Part shown: positions 1-10,094 of the stretch, one piece after another
How the letters are laid out: the number at the start of each line of letters is the position of its first letter
Numbering within the stretch: the first letter of the stretch is position 1
NCBI GenBank assembly: GCA_965261595.1
Contig: CBDHDG010000002.1
Coordinates: forward strand, 64,001-128,000
Direction of reading: 5' to 3'
Length of the DNA stretch: 64,000 nt
From: a bacterium
GTDB taxonomy: Bacteria; UBA8248; JACPRG01; G963555815
Translations under genes and position numbers: made by a program
The notes under the pieces: generated by a model
Database searches by the model: none
Seen by the model: only the letters and a program-made list of their open reading frames with translations
What the model was told of the DNA's origin: nothing

Positions 1-1501
1 GCCGGCGTCGGCCAACCTCGCCGAGACCGCCGCCTTCATGGATGCCCGGAAACGCATCCTGGTGTTCTCCATGGCCGGCGGGACCGGGCGCAGCTACCAC
101 GCCGATCTCGGCTGCGCCAACACCGACCGCCGCATCCACTACCTGCTCGAGCCGGGCTGGCGCGCCGACCAGGCGATCCAGGGGCTCGGCCGGACCCACC
201 GCACGCACCAGGCGTCGGCGCCGCTGTTCCGGCCCGTCACCACGGACGTGAAGGGCGAGCGGCGCTTCATCGCCACCATCGCAAGGCGGCTCGACAGCCT
301 CGGCGCCATCACCCGCGGCCAGCGCGATTCCCAGACCGCCATGGGCGGCGACGACCAGGCGCTCTTTCGCGAGAGCGACAACCTGGAGAGCCTCTATGCC
401 AAGGCGGCACTCAGGCGCTTCTACATCGCGCTCTGGCGCGGCAACATCCCGGGCTGGTCGCTCGACCGTTTCGCGGACGCCACCGGCCTCAAGCTGGTCC
501 ACGAGGGCAACCTCAAGGAGGACCTGCCGCCGATGCCGCGATTCCTCAACCGGCTTCTGGCGCTGCCGATCGACGAGCAGAACCAGCTCTTCGCCGAACT
601 GGAAGAGCGGATCGCAGCCAACATCGAGCAGGCCATGGAGGCCGGCGCCTACGAGGTCGGGGTCGAGACCGTGCGCGCCGACTCGCTCGCCATCGCCGGC
701 CGGGAGACGCTCTACGAACATCCCGGCACCGGGGCGGTCACCGAGCTAGTCGAGATCGTGTGGCGCGACAGGCTGGAACCGCTCGATGCCGATACCGCGC
801 TCGAGATCGGCGCCTGCGAACCCGGACCCGACAAGAAGCCCCGGCTGGCGGTCAACACCCGCTCGAAGCGCGCCGCCGTCATTCTGCCGGCGCCGTCGCG
901 CATGTTCGACGATGGCGGGGTGCAGGAACGCGTCCGCCTCGTCCGGCCGGCCACACGCGAGACCATGGCCCGCGCCGAGCTCGACGCCTCCAACTGGCGC
1001 CCGGCCGACGAAGCCCGCTGGCGCATGCTATGGGAGCATGAGATCGGCGAGCTGCCGACGCACCGGGAGTCCCGCTTCTGGCTCGCCGCCGGCCTGCTGC
1101 TGCCCGTCTGGGACCGGCTGCCGGCCGAGAACATGCGGGTACGCCGGCTCGCCACGGATACCGGCGAAACGCTGATCGGGCGCGTGCTCGACGCCGAACA
1201 GGTCGCGGCCGTGCGCGCGAGTTTCGGGCTCGACGGCGGGCTCGCCATGACCGGCGCGGAGGCCTTCGAGGCCGTCATGAGCCGCGGCTCGGCACTCGCC
1301 CTTGCCAATGGCTGGCGCCTTGCCCGCCGGCGCATCATGGGCGCCGACCGGGTCGAGATCGAGGGGCCGGCCGATACCGATACCGCGCTCCTGAAGCGCA
1401 TCGGCTGCACGGTCGAGATCGTGTCCTGGCGCGCCCGCGCCTTCGCCCCCGGCGCCGAGGTCCTCGACCGCGTCCTCGAACGCTGGCCGCTCGCCGCCTG
1501 A
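1..1501 (+). CDS. Strawberry-notch-like SF2 helicase, C-terminal part (5' end lies outside the window); typical of plasmids and ICEs
   Basis: Motifs AGGTGRSYHAD, LLEPGWRADQAIQGLGRTHRTHQ, ERRFIATIARRLDSLGA and FLNRLLAL match the strawberry-notch C-terminal domain; the frame is open from the window start. Confidence 0.85.
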   Translation, partial: PASANLAETAAFMDARKRILVFSMAGGTGRSYHADLGCANTDRRIHYLLEPGWRADQAIQGLGRTHRTHQASAPLFRPVTTDVKGERRFIATIARRLDSLGAITRGQRDSQTAMGGDDQALFRESDNLESLYAKAALRRFYIALWRGNIPGWSLDRFADATGLKLVHEGNLKEDLPPMPRFLNRLLALPIDEQNQLFAELEERIAANIEQAMEAGAYEVGVETVRADSLAIAGRETLYEHPGTGAVTELVEIVWRDRLEPLDADTALEIGACEPGPDKKPRLAVNTRSKRAAVILPAPSRMFDDGGVQERVRLVRPATRETMARAELDASNWRPADEARWRMLWEHEIGELPTHRESRFWLAAGLLLPVWDRLPAENMRVRRLATDTGETLIGRVLDAEQVAAVRASFGLDGGLAMTGAEAFEAVMSRGSALALANGWRLARRRIMGADRVEIEGPADTDTALLKRIGCTVEIVSWRARAFAPGAEVLDRVLERWPLAA

Positions 1502-1601
1502 ACCGCGCGCGTGATACGTATTGCCGGCCCGTCGTCCGCCAGGCGTCCGCAATACGTATCGCCGGCCCGTCGCCCACCGGATTCGCTATTTGAAACGGAG
1601 C

Positions 1602-1674
1602 ATGGCCATGACCATCCAGACCCTGCCGGACGATCCGAACTACGCCTTCTGCCCGAGCTACGACCTCGGCGACG
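1602..1674 (+). pseudogene. N-terminal stub of a gene (MAMTIQTLPDDPNYAFCPSYDLGD) cut off by an IS3 element
   Basis: GGAG RBS then ATG at 1602; the frame runs into the IS end at 1675. Confidence 0.45.
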
Positions 1675-1728
1675 TGGAGTTGACCCGTTTTTGTGGACAC
1701 CTTCAGACTGTTCGGAGGAGGTGTTCAG

Positions 1729-2043
1729 ATGCCGAAAACTCATTCACCCTACGCGCCGGAATACCGACGCCAGATGGTTGAGCTGGTTCGCTCGGGCCGT
1801 ACGCCCGGGGAGCTGGCCCGGGAGTTCGAGTGTTCCGCTTCGGCGATTCGCAACTGGGTGCGCCAGGCCGACCGCGACGAGGGCCGTCGTGAGGACGGTC
1901 TGACAAGCTCAGAGTTCGAGGAGCTACGGCGGCTTCGTCGGGACAATCGTCAGCTTCGTGAAGAACGCGAGATACTGGCAAAAGCTACGGCTTGGTTCGC
2001 TCGGGAGACCGGCTCGGTCCGGGCGAAGTCTTCGAGCTCGTGA
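1729..2043 (+). CDS. IS3 transposase OrfA (HTH)
   Basis: YAPEYRRQMVELV...IRNWVRQ...EELRRLRRDNRQLREEREILAKA; GGAGG RBS. Confidence 0.9.
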   Translation: MPKTHSPYAPEYRRQMVELVRSGRTPGELAREFECSASAIRNWVRQADRDEGRREDGLTSSEFEELRRLRRDNRQLREEREILAKATAWFARETGSVRAKSSSS

Positions 2044-3080
2044 AGGCGAATCAGGCCTGCCATCGAGTGGCCACGATGTGCCGTCGGCTGGGTGTCTCCC
2101 CCAGCGGATACTACGCGTGGCGAAGCCGTAGGCGTTCGAATCGTGCGAAGCGCGAGGAGGCGTTGCGTGGCACGATCCGGGCCATCCACGAGGTATCTGG
2201 TGGCACCTACGGGGCGCCTCGGGTCCATGCCGAGCTGATGGCCGGCGGCTGCCGGGTGAGCCGCAAACGGGTGGCTCGTCCGATGCGCGAGGCAGGGTTG
2301 GCCGGGGTGAGCCGACGCCGAGGCATGCGCACTACGCGCGTGGACCAGAGCCATTGTGTGGTCCCGGACCGGGTCGAACGCCAGTTCCAGGCCGATGCGC
2401 CGGATCGGCTTTGGGTGGCCGACGTGACCTACGTGCCGACCTGGACGGGGTTCGTGTACCTGGCCATCGTGCTCGACGTGTTCAGCCGCCGGGTGGTGGG
2501 ATGGTCCATGACCCACCATCTTCGCACCGAACTGGTGCTCGGGGCGCTGAACATGGCGTTGGGACAGCGCCGCCCCGACGGGGTCGTGCATCACTCCGAC
2601 CAGGGCTCGCAGTACACTTCGCTCGCCTTCGGCAAGCGGTGCCGGGAGATGGGGGTGGTTCCCTCGACCGGGTCGGCCGGGGATTGCTTCGACAACGCCA
2701 TGGCCGAGAGCTTCTTTGCCACGCTGGAGTGCGAGCTCATCGACCGGCGCTCGTTCCGTACCCAGGCCGAAGCGCACATGGCGATCTTCCAATTCATCGA
2801 AGGCTGGTACAACCCACGCCGTCGTCATTCGGCCCTGGGTTACCTCAGCCCCAACGACTACGAGCGGTCCGCGGCGAAGGAAACGCCACGTGCAGTGCGC
2901 AACGCTCATCGTCCGGCTCGAGCCGTCCCCGGTGCTTCCCGGAGCAGCGAGCCAAAGGTCAAGACATACCCCCCGGGGGCACCCTATCTATCGGATCGGG
3001 AGAAGACTTTACGTCCACCGGCTGTCGCCCACCTCAGGGCTGGGGACGACAGCCATAAACTGTCCACTGAAACGGGGTAA
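2040..3080 (+). CDS. IS3 transposase OrfB (rve/DDE)
   Basis: WVADVTY, HHSDQGSQY, DNAMAESFFATLECE; GTGA overlap with the orfA stop. Confidence 0.9.
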   Translation: MKANQACHRVATMCRRLGVSPSGYYAWRSRRRSNRAKREEALRGTIRAIHEVSGGTYGAPRVHAELMAGGCRVSRKRVARPMREAGLAGVSRRRGMRTTRVDQSHCVVPDRVERQFQADAPDRLWVADVTYVPTWTGFVYLAIVLDVFSRRVVGWSMTHHLRTELVLGALNMALGQRRPDGVVHHSDQGSQYTSLAFGKRCREMGVVPSTGSAGDCFDNAMAESFFATLECELIDRRSFRTQAEAHMAIFQFIEGWYNPRRRHSALGYLSPNDYERSAAKETPRAVRNAHRPARAVPGASRSSEPKVKTYPPGAPYLSDREKTLRPPAVAHLRAGDDSHKLSTETG

Positions 3081-3085
3081 CTCCA

Positions 3086-4073
3086 GTCCCAGCTTCCAGC
3101 CTGATACCGGAAGTCGTGATAGAAGATGATGGGTCTCTTGGGCGGGCGACCGACCGGGCGAGTCAGCAGGAAGTCGATCCGTGGGTAGAGCACTTCGTTC
3201 GCAGGGAGCCGGATGGCGTAGAGGAAGCCACGCTCTTCCAAGTACTCATAGACCTCGGGGCTCGTAAAGGCGGCATCGGCCCGAAAGTAACGGCGAACAT
3301 CAGCGTGCTCATAGCGGGCCGTGATGGGCTCCAACTACTTTCGCCACCCATCGGCGCTGTGAACGTTGCCCGGACGCAACATCGCCCCCTCGCAGTCCCC
3401 AAACTGGTTGAAGCAGAATAAGGGATGGTAGCAGAGGGAACCGAAGTGACCGTTATAGGCAGTCCCTTCCTGCTGTCCGTGCACCCGGCTTTCCGAGCTA
3501 TCCATGTCCAGGATGACCCGCTGATGCGGCGTGCGGCTCATGGCCCGCTCTACCCATTCCGCGTTCAGTTGCCTCAGCCTGCTCAGGTTCTCCTCGCTGC
3601 AGAGAACTTCCGTCTCGAACCGGCTCCATGTGTTGGTACTGGCCGCCTGCTTCTCAAGTGCCCGCCGGCCAACTACGGCTTGCCTGGCAGGGTCTCTCGC
3701 CAATCGCTCGGCATCGTTGGTGTCCTCGTACCCGGCCAGGCGACTATAGAGTGACTGGCGCAATAGCGGCACCAACTCATGCTGGACGTTCCGGCCATGA
3801 CGGATCTCTTGCAAGTGGGCTGGCGCTCTCACCGTCAAACCCAGCACATCATCCAACTCCCGGCAGGCCAGCAATCCTGCATCTGAAGTGATTCTGGCTC
3901 CGTGAAAGTCAAGCCTCAGCCTACGGTTACAATGGACCCTCAATGCCGTCTTTTTCGCTTCACCCATAGGGGTACCCCGCGAGAACGTGGCAGGGGGAAG
4001 CCAACACGCTGATTTTACATGAGAAAGCGCCTTTCGGTCTGTCGAATCTTATGATCTAAATGAGAAATGCGGG
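3086..4073 (-). mobile_element. IS1380-family element, defective: transposase (ATG 3967) has an in-frame TAG at 3337-3335 and is truncated by IS3 at 3085
   Basis: ITSDAGLL, GYEDTND, ILDMDSS, CYHPLF, LRPGNVHSADGW, RADAAF; left end CCCGCATTTC resembles the copy at 14494. Confidence 0.88.
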
Positions 4074-4082
4074 GATAAATGG

Positions 4083-4196
4083 GGCAGACTATTGGACTAG
4101 ACATAGGTGCAGGCCACTGCCCGCTACGTCCACCTCGCGCGTCACACCGAAAAAGCGTTCACTGCCCGAACCGGTGATAGGATCGATGATGCTCTC
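4083..4196 (+). pseudogene. Degenerate C-terminal remnant of a tyrosine recombinase/integrase
   Basis: Manual translation GRLLD*T*VQATARYVHLARHTEKAFTARTGDRIDDAL resembles the integrase box II pattern LLGH...TTARYAHL. Confidence 0.65.
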
Positions 4197-4259
4197 GTGG
4201 AAAAGTACGCACGATGACAGCCCGCACACTGCTTCAGAGCTATGTTGGGATTTGAATTA

Positions 4260-4802
4260 ATGGCAATTCACCTAGAGGGACCCGGCGTAAATCCACATTG
4301 GAACATACATCGTTCGTTGGAGATGTTGCAGGGCCTTCAGAAGGCAGCGCTGTTCTTGATTGAAAAGATGGATAATCACATTGCTCAACGTGATTCTGGC
4401 GGCGGGAAGCACCCAGACATGATGGGGAATGCTACGGCAGCAATAATTTTGACCTCGTATACAACAGAAATAGCGATCAAGACCTTACATGCTCAGACTA
4501 AACCAAAGCAAGCTCCTGCACGGGGTCATTACTTACTGGATTTGTATGATACCTTGGACCACGATATAAAGTTGGAAGCCCAACACATGCTTGAGTCTCT
4601 GCCACCCATCGGTGCCCCTACGTGGATAGGACAAAATCTGGACATCCGAGAGCTAATCAAACAAGGGAATTCTAATTTCTCTGACTGGAGATATCTTCCA
4701 GAGAAGCCCAATATGGGCGGCGGTGTCCCCAAGGTGCTAATAAATGTAACAAATGCGTTGCAGGCATTGTGTCTTCGGCACGTAATGACCTTATCAAAAT
4801 AG
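4260..4802 (+). CDS. HEPN-like domain protein, low GC
   Basis: EIAIKTL, RGHYLLDLY and FSDWRYLPE follow the E..K / H.L / RY pattern of HEPN folds. Confidence 0.6.
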   Translation: MAIHLEGPGVNPHWNIHRSLEMLQGLQKAALFLIEKMDNHIAQRDSGGGKHPDMMGNATAAIILTSYTTEIAIKTLHAQTKPKQAPARGHYLLDLYDTLDHDIKLEAQHMLESLPPIGAPTWIGQNLDIRELIKQGNSNFSDWRYLPEKPNMGGGVPKVLINVTNALQALCLRHVMTLSK

Positions 4803-5071
4803 CTAACCTAGCAATCGCATAATGGGATGAGATGGCTCCGGTTTGTTGGACAGCCTTGACCTGTCCCCCGGTTTGCCGAACCACGCCTTCCCCGTTCGCG
4901 ACCGGGCCGCCGAGCTCATGCTCGTTCCCGGCAATCGGCGTTTCACCACCGGGAGCTTCCGGTGGATCGCCTTCACCGTATTATCCAGGAACTATTGCAC
5001 TGTGAGTTCGGCGGCAAGTCCAAATTCACGGCCGCCATGGGGCAATCGCCGCCAATTTCGAAGACATCGAG

Positions 5072-6927
5072 TTATTGCGGTATATCCAACCATTTCAATT
5101 TCCTGAACTTTCCAAAGAAATGTTTTTCATAAAACTTCGTGTCCGGAGGCTTCTGCCATTCGCCTGTCCCGAAATCCAGCGCACCGACGATACCGTCAAT
5201 CTCAATCAGTATCGTCTTTATTTCATGCACTTCCTTGAAGTTAAGGGAATTCGCCCGATACCTTAACGCATCGTCTATGTCCCGCATGATATTCTTGAAG
5301 AGATGATATTGAAGGATATCGGCCGGTATGACCTTCTCCCGGTGCTCGAAGCCGGTCTCCCCGATGATTCTGTCGTATCCTCGAGAGATCAGATTCCCCC
5401 GCTCTAGGGTTTTGTTGGACACTCGATTGATCCATGATTCATGGAGAAAGGGGTGTCGCGATGAACGAACAAAAGCAAGAGGGGGCTTTGGCGGAGGGCG
5501 CCCGCAGGGCGAACGGAGCCAAGGCCCCAGGGCATCGCAGTGAGCGGGGTCGGTTCTCCTGCCAGGCGCAAGCGGGAGGCGGTCCTGCGTCTTTTGCGGG
5601 GCGAGAGCCTGGAGACGCTCTGCCGCGAGTTGGGCACGACAGCGGCTCGGCTTTCCGCCTGGCGCGAGGCGTTCCTTCGCGGGGGCGAGGCGGCGCTCAA
5701 AGCCCGCCCGGCGGATGAGCGGGCCGAGGAGAACGCCCGGCTCAAGGCCAAGGTGGGCGAACTCACGATGGAGGGCGAGGTCCTGCGGGAGAAGATCGAC
5801 CGCCTGGAGGCCGGCCGCCCTTTAGCCGGCAGGAGGTGGAGGCGATGAGTCAGGCCCGCTTCACCTCCACGGGCAGAGCCTACGGCCTGAAGCGGGTGTG
5901 CGCCCTTTGGGGCTTGGCGCGCTCCACGGTCTACGCGCAACGGCGGCGAGAGGCGGTCCCCGTTCATGAACGCCCCACGCCCAATAAGCGCGGCCCTGTG
6001 GGCCCGTGCACCGATGCGGAACTCCTCGGCCACATCCGGCAGGTCCTGGAGGACTCTCCCTTCCATGGCGAGGGCTACCGCAAGGTGTGGGCGAGGCTGC
6101 GCTTCGCGGGCATCCGCACCAGCAAGGAGCGGGTGCGTCGCCTGATGCGGGAGGCGGGGCTTCAGGCCCCCCACCGGGTGGGCAAACCCCGAGGTCCCAA
6201 GGCCCACAACGGGACCATCCGCACCGAGCGGCCCGACCGAATGTGGGGCACGGACATGACGACGACGGTGACCACCGAGGAGGGGGTGGCCTCGGTGTTC
6301 GTGGCGGTGGATCACTGCTCGGTGGACTGCGTGGGGATCCATGCGGCCAAGAGCGGCAACCGCTTCGAGGCCCTGGAGCTGATCCGGCAGGGGGTCGCCG
6401 AGCGCTTCGCCGGCTTGGAGGCGGACGTCGCCGAGGGGCTTAAAGTTCGTCACGACCACGGCCCCGCCTATCTGTCCGATGACTTTCAGCGGGAGATCGC
6501 CTACCTGGGCATGACCAGTTCGCCCAGCTTCGTGCGGGCGCCCGAGGGAAATGGCTACTGTGAGTGGTTCATCCGCATCTTGAAGGAGAATCTCCTGTGG
6601 GTGCGCTCTTTCGCCACCGTAGAGGAACTGCGGTGGGCGCTGCTTGAGTTCAAGAACCTGTACAACCATCATTGGATTCTCGAGGGCTACGGCTACCGAA
6701 CGCCGGCCCAGGCAAGGCAGGAAAAACTCGCTCAAGTTGCGGAGGCCGCATGAGGTCGAATACCCTCACCCGAGTGTCCAATAACCCAGGGGCGGTCCAA
6801 GATGCCGTAGGTGATTGACCTGCTTCCGTCTTGCCACACGCCTCGTGGACCACGCGTATATCCCCAGGATGATTGCGATCGTGATGCCGATCGTAACGCC
6901 TTCGACGAACTCGGATAACGAAATCAT
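5072..6927 (-). pseudogene. About 150-aa hypothetical protein with an N-terminal TM helix, split by IS3 copy A
   Basis: Removing 5395-6799 plus one AGAT restores the frame ...KQVNHLRHL-ISRGYDRIIG... Confidence 0.8.
5395..6799 (+). mobile_element. IS3-family element (type Y) copy A, 1405 bp; orfA frameshifted by an extra G near 5566; orfB about 5845-6753
   Basis: Ends TCCCCCGCTCTAGGGTTTTGTTGGACAC and GTGTCCAATAACCCAGGGGCGGTCCA; 4-bp DR AGAT; DDE motifs WGTDMT, RHDHG, EGNGYCE. Confidence 0.95.
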
Positions 6928-7198
6928 TCGTGCCTGAACTTCGAGCACTCGCCTCGACTCCTCGATCGACGTCTACCGGGAGCGGCATGGAACGCCGGCC
7001 TCCCTGGCGCCGTCCGCACGCCCGAAACGCCGGGCCGGACCGCAGGCCCAACGTGCCACGCCTTCGAGCCGATGTCCACAGAATTGACTTCTGCGTCGCG
7101 AGGAGGCCGAGCCGGGCCGTGAGCGGGGCGGCGGACGAATGTCCCGGGAGAGGGCGTCGCCGCCTCTCGCAAACACCGACCCGAAGGAGGACCACACC

Positions 7199-7525
7199 AT
7201 GCACACGGTCCAGACCCATCCCGGCAACGCAAGCACCTTCCTCACTCACCTGTTCGGCCGCGGTCTCGATGACGATCGCTACGTGGTCGAGCGCTTCCAG
7301 TCCATGGCCGACGGCGACATCCGACCCCTGCGCGCCAAGGGGCCGGGGACCAAGGGCCGATCCAAGGCGCCGGGGACGATCGTGTCCCGGCAGGTCGTCC
7401 GGAAGATGCGGCCCGCGCGGGACGAGATCATCGTTGCAACCGGAATCAACCTCCGGAACTCCGGGGTCCAGTACTGGGGCTCGATCGCAACGGGATTGTT
7501 CTGCGACCGCAAGCAGAAGCGCTGA
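7199..7525 (+). CDS. Small hypothetical protein (108 aa)
   Basis: Strong AAGGAGG RBS before ATG 7199; GC3-rich codons. Confidence 0.6.
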   Translation: MHTVQTHPGNASTFLTHLFGRGLDDDRYVVERFQSMADGDIRPLRAKGPGTKGRSKAPGTIVSRQVVRKMRPARDEIIVATGINLRNSGVQYWGSIATGLFCDRKQKR

Positions 7526-7598
7526 GTGGCGTTTTCCGTGTGGACGTCCGGCCGGCCGACCGTCCTTCGTCTGGACCCCAACCCCGGCAGGGAGAACC

Positions 7599-8417
7599 AT
7601 GCCGATGCCCAATAAGGACCCCGACAAGGCCCGCGGGCATGACCGGGAACGCTACCGCCGGCGCACGGCCGAGCGCCTCGCCAGCGGGATGTGTCCGAAG
7701 TGCGGGAAGGAGCCCCTCCCTCCCGCTCGCAGCTTGTGCGGCTCCTGCGGGGAGAAGCGGCGCAAGTCCGAGCGCGCCCGGTACGCCAAGGCCAAGGCCG
7801 CCGGCAGGCTCTACGGCGGCCGGGACCCGAAGGACCGCCGCAGGATCGGGCGAGAGAGAAGCAGGCGGCACCTCAGGGCACGCCGGGGCGCCGGTCTGTG
7901 CACGCGCTGCGGCCACCGTTCCCCGGTCCGGGGCGGTGCGACCTGCCAGGTTTGCCGTGACGCCCGGCAAGCGGCCGAACGGAAGCAGTATGCCGCTCGG
8001 CGGGCCGGAGGCCGGTGCGGCCGCTGCGGCGGATCGGCCTTTGGAGGCGTCTCGCGCTGCGGTCCCTGCGCGGCCCTCGAGGCCGGGCGCCATCCAAAGA
8101 AGAACGTGGTCAGCCGAAGGCGCTACGCCCACAGGCGCTTGAGGTGGCGTTGCACTGACTGCGGCGAGCCCTCGCAGGGAGCGGCGCGGTGCGTGCCGTG
8201 CGCACACCGGTCCTGGGTGCGCTCGGCCGAGCATCGGGGCCTTCCGATCCTTCCGCCGCGGTACACCGTGATCGAGGTCGCCACCGGCAAGGACCACGGG
8301 ACCTGGGACAGCTGGGAGGAGGTGGCCATGTGCCTGGCCTTCACCCGGCTGTCTCACGACGAGGTGGAAATCATCTCCGATGCCTCATTGATGGCGACCT
8401 TCACCGCGTGGTCATAG
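7599..8417 (+). CDS. Arg-rich protein with eight CxxC motifs (four putative zinc fingers)
   Basis: GGAG RBS; CPKC/CGSC, CTRC/CQVC, CGRC/CGPC, CTDC/CVPC in repeated units. Confidence 0.75.
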   Translation: MPMPNKDPDKARGHDRERYRRRTAERLASGMCPKCGKEPLPPARSLCGSCGEKRRKSERARYAKAKAAGRLYGGRDPKDRRRIGRERSRRHLRARRGAGLCTRCGHRSPVRGGATCQVCRDARQAAERKQYAARRAGGRCGRCGGSAFGGVSRCGPCAALEAGRHPKKNVVSRRRYAHRRLRWRCTDCGEPSQGAARCVPCAHRSWVRSAEHRGLPILPPRYTVIEVATGKDHGTWDSWEEVAMCLAFTRLSHDEVEIISDASLMATFTAWS

Positions 8418-8580
8418 GCGTTCGACGGCGGCCGCGTGAACGGGCGCTTATCCGTATCGCCGACCTGCCGCCCGCCAGTGGGGGGGAGCGGACGTCCCAC
8501 GGCCCTCATTCGTATGGCCGGCCCGGAGCCGGCTAGCGCCACTTCGACCCCGGGGGCGCGGAGCACGTCGAACGCGTGCA

Positions 8581-9220
8581 TCAGGCGGGTTCGGCCGATT
8601 CGCCAGTGTAGAACGCGGTTGTGCGCCTTGTGGCTGCACGCGCGGCGTCGGGGTCCGTTCCGAGCGGACCGCCGCTTGGCCCCACCCCTCGCTGCTGCCT
8701 GTGATGAACGCCTTGCCGTCCCGTGAAGCGGCAAAAGCGGCTTCGTCGGGCTTCGGCGCGGTCGGTTGCATGAGATGGAGCGCGAGTCCCATGAGACCCA
8801 GCTCCCAGCCGACGCCGACCGCGCTTGGCCCGTACTCTCCCCAGTGTTCCGAAAGGCGCGCGGTGTGCGTGAGCGTAAGCCGCGCGCGTCCGGCTCCATC
8901 GTCCGAGAGACGTACCTCCACCCAACTGACGTCCTCGCCGAACTCCCATGTGAGCGCGAGATGGGATGGTCGTTCGCACGCCGTGATCACGCCCCCTGCG
9001 TTGCCTTCCAACTGATAGCGCCGCCAGGCTCGAGCTGGCCGCTGACCGACAGAAACCAGCGCGGAATACGCTGGCTGTTCGTCACGGCGTCCCACAAGTC
9101 CTCGACGGTCGTCGCGTAGCTGCGGGAAAGAGTGACCGCGCGAGCGGGTTGTCCATCGCGCTCCAGCGGCGACACGGAGCGCTCTACGGCGCCGAGGTGC
9201 CCTTCGACATCGAAGTCCAT
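8581..9220 (-). pseudogene. SRPBCC/AHSA1-like protein with two frameshifts, followed by a 7-codon ArsR-like stub (MHAFDVL)
   Basis: DLWDAVT..RIPRWF, YQLEGNAGG, VGVGWEL and TTAFYTG lie in three frames; TGATG overlap at 8583-8579. Confidence 0.8.
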
Positions 9221-9588
9221 GTTTCCCCCCACATTTTCAGACACTCACAGTTCCCCCCGTCCGGGAACCCGCTACCGGGGGGGGAGGGGCATCCGTTGCC
9301 CGCGCCACACGTGCCGGATGTCCTCGTCGGTCAGGAGCCGTTTGCACTTGCGCCCGGTCGCCGCGCCGTTCGATCAGTCTCCGTTCATCCCTGCCTCATC
9401 TGATTCGAATCCCGAACCAGGCGCAAGCCCGGGCGGGTGTCCGTGGGCGTCTCCTCACTATCCGCCGCAACGTGTTCCCGCCGTAGAGGCGGAGCGAAGC
9501 AGGAGCCGGGCGAACGCCCGGCATGGGAGAGGGAGACGGTCTCCCGGTTCCGATGCCGGGAACGGCAACCCGAACAGGAGACCAGCCC

Positions 9589-9729
9589 ATGCTCGACCGT
9601 GACTTCGAACCCGACATCCCGACCCATGACGAACTGCTCGCCGAGATCGGCCTCGACTCGCACACGATCCGCAGGATCCTCACCGAAGCGGTCCATGCCG
9701 ACACCGGCGAAGGAGAGGAGCTTTCATAG
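9589..9729 (+). CDS. Small acidic hypothetical protein (46 aa)
   Basis: AGGAG RBS before ATG; plausible codon usage. Confidence 0.4.
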   Translation: MLDRDFEPDIPTHDELLAEIGLDSHTIRRILTEAVHADTGEGEELS

Positions 9730-10094
9730 GGTGAACCGAAGGGGGCCGGGGAGAGAGGACCCCGGTCCCGGTCGCTCCCATCACCCGTTGTCATCCACAC
9801 CCTCAACCCTAAGGAGAACCGTCATGGCATTCGGTTTCAGCATGTGGCCCAACCCTACACCGCTCACTGTCCTGTAACATGCTCATATTGCGTGTGTTTT
9901 AAAGGTCTTGCCTCGGACAACGGATACAGCGTTTCTCCGGAGTCAACACTATGCCAACACGGCGCTTCGACCATAGACAGGCGATGGTCTGACGCCGATT
10001 GTCGATAGCTATTCGGGAAAACCGCCGTAGCGGACGAATCCCGCAGATTGTGGAGCGAAAACCCATACCCGAGGTCCGCGGCGGTTGACGGAAG

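Larger units (their letters stand above)
1675..3085 (+). mobile_element. IS3-family element (type X), 1411 bp, no target duplication
   Basis: Terminal IRs TGGAGTTGACCCGTTTTTGTGGACA and TGTCCACTGAAACGGGGTAACTCCA; orfA and orfB inside. Confidence 0.93.

Noticed and set aside
1514..1575. Mini CRISPR array
   Set aside because: Only two imperfect units with a short spacer of about 14 bp; no cas genes.
6930..7598. N-terminal 223 codons of the 495-aa ORF
   Set aside because: Low-complexity Arg/Pro/Ser translation overlapping a better RBS-led ORF (7199-7525); the real start is probably ATG 7599.
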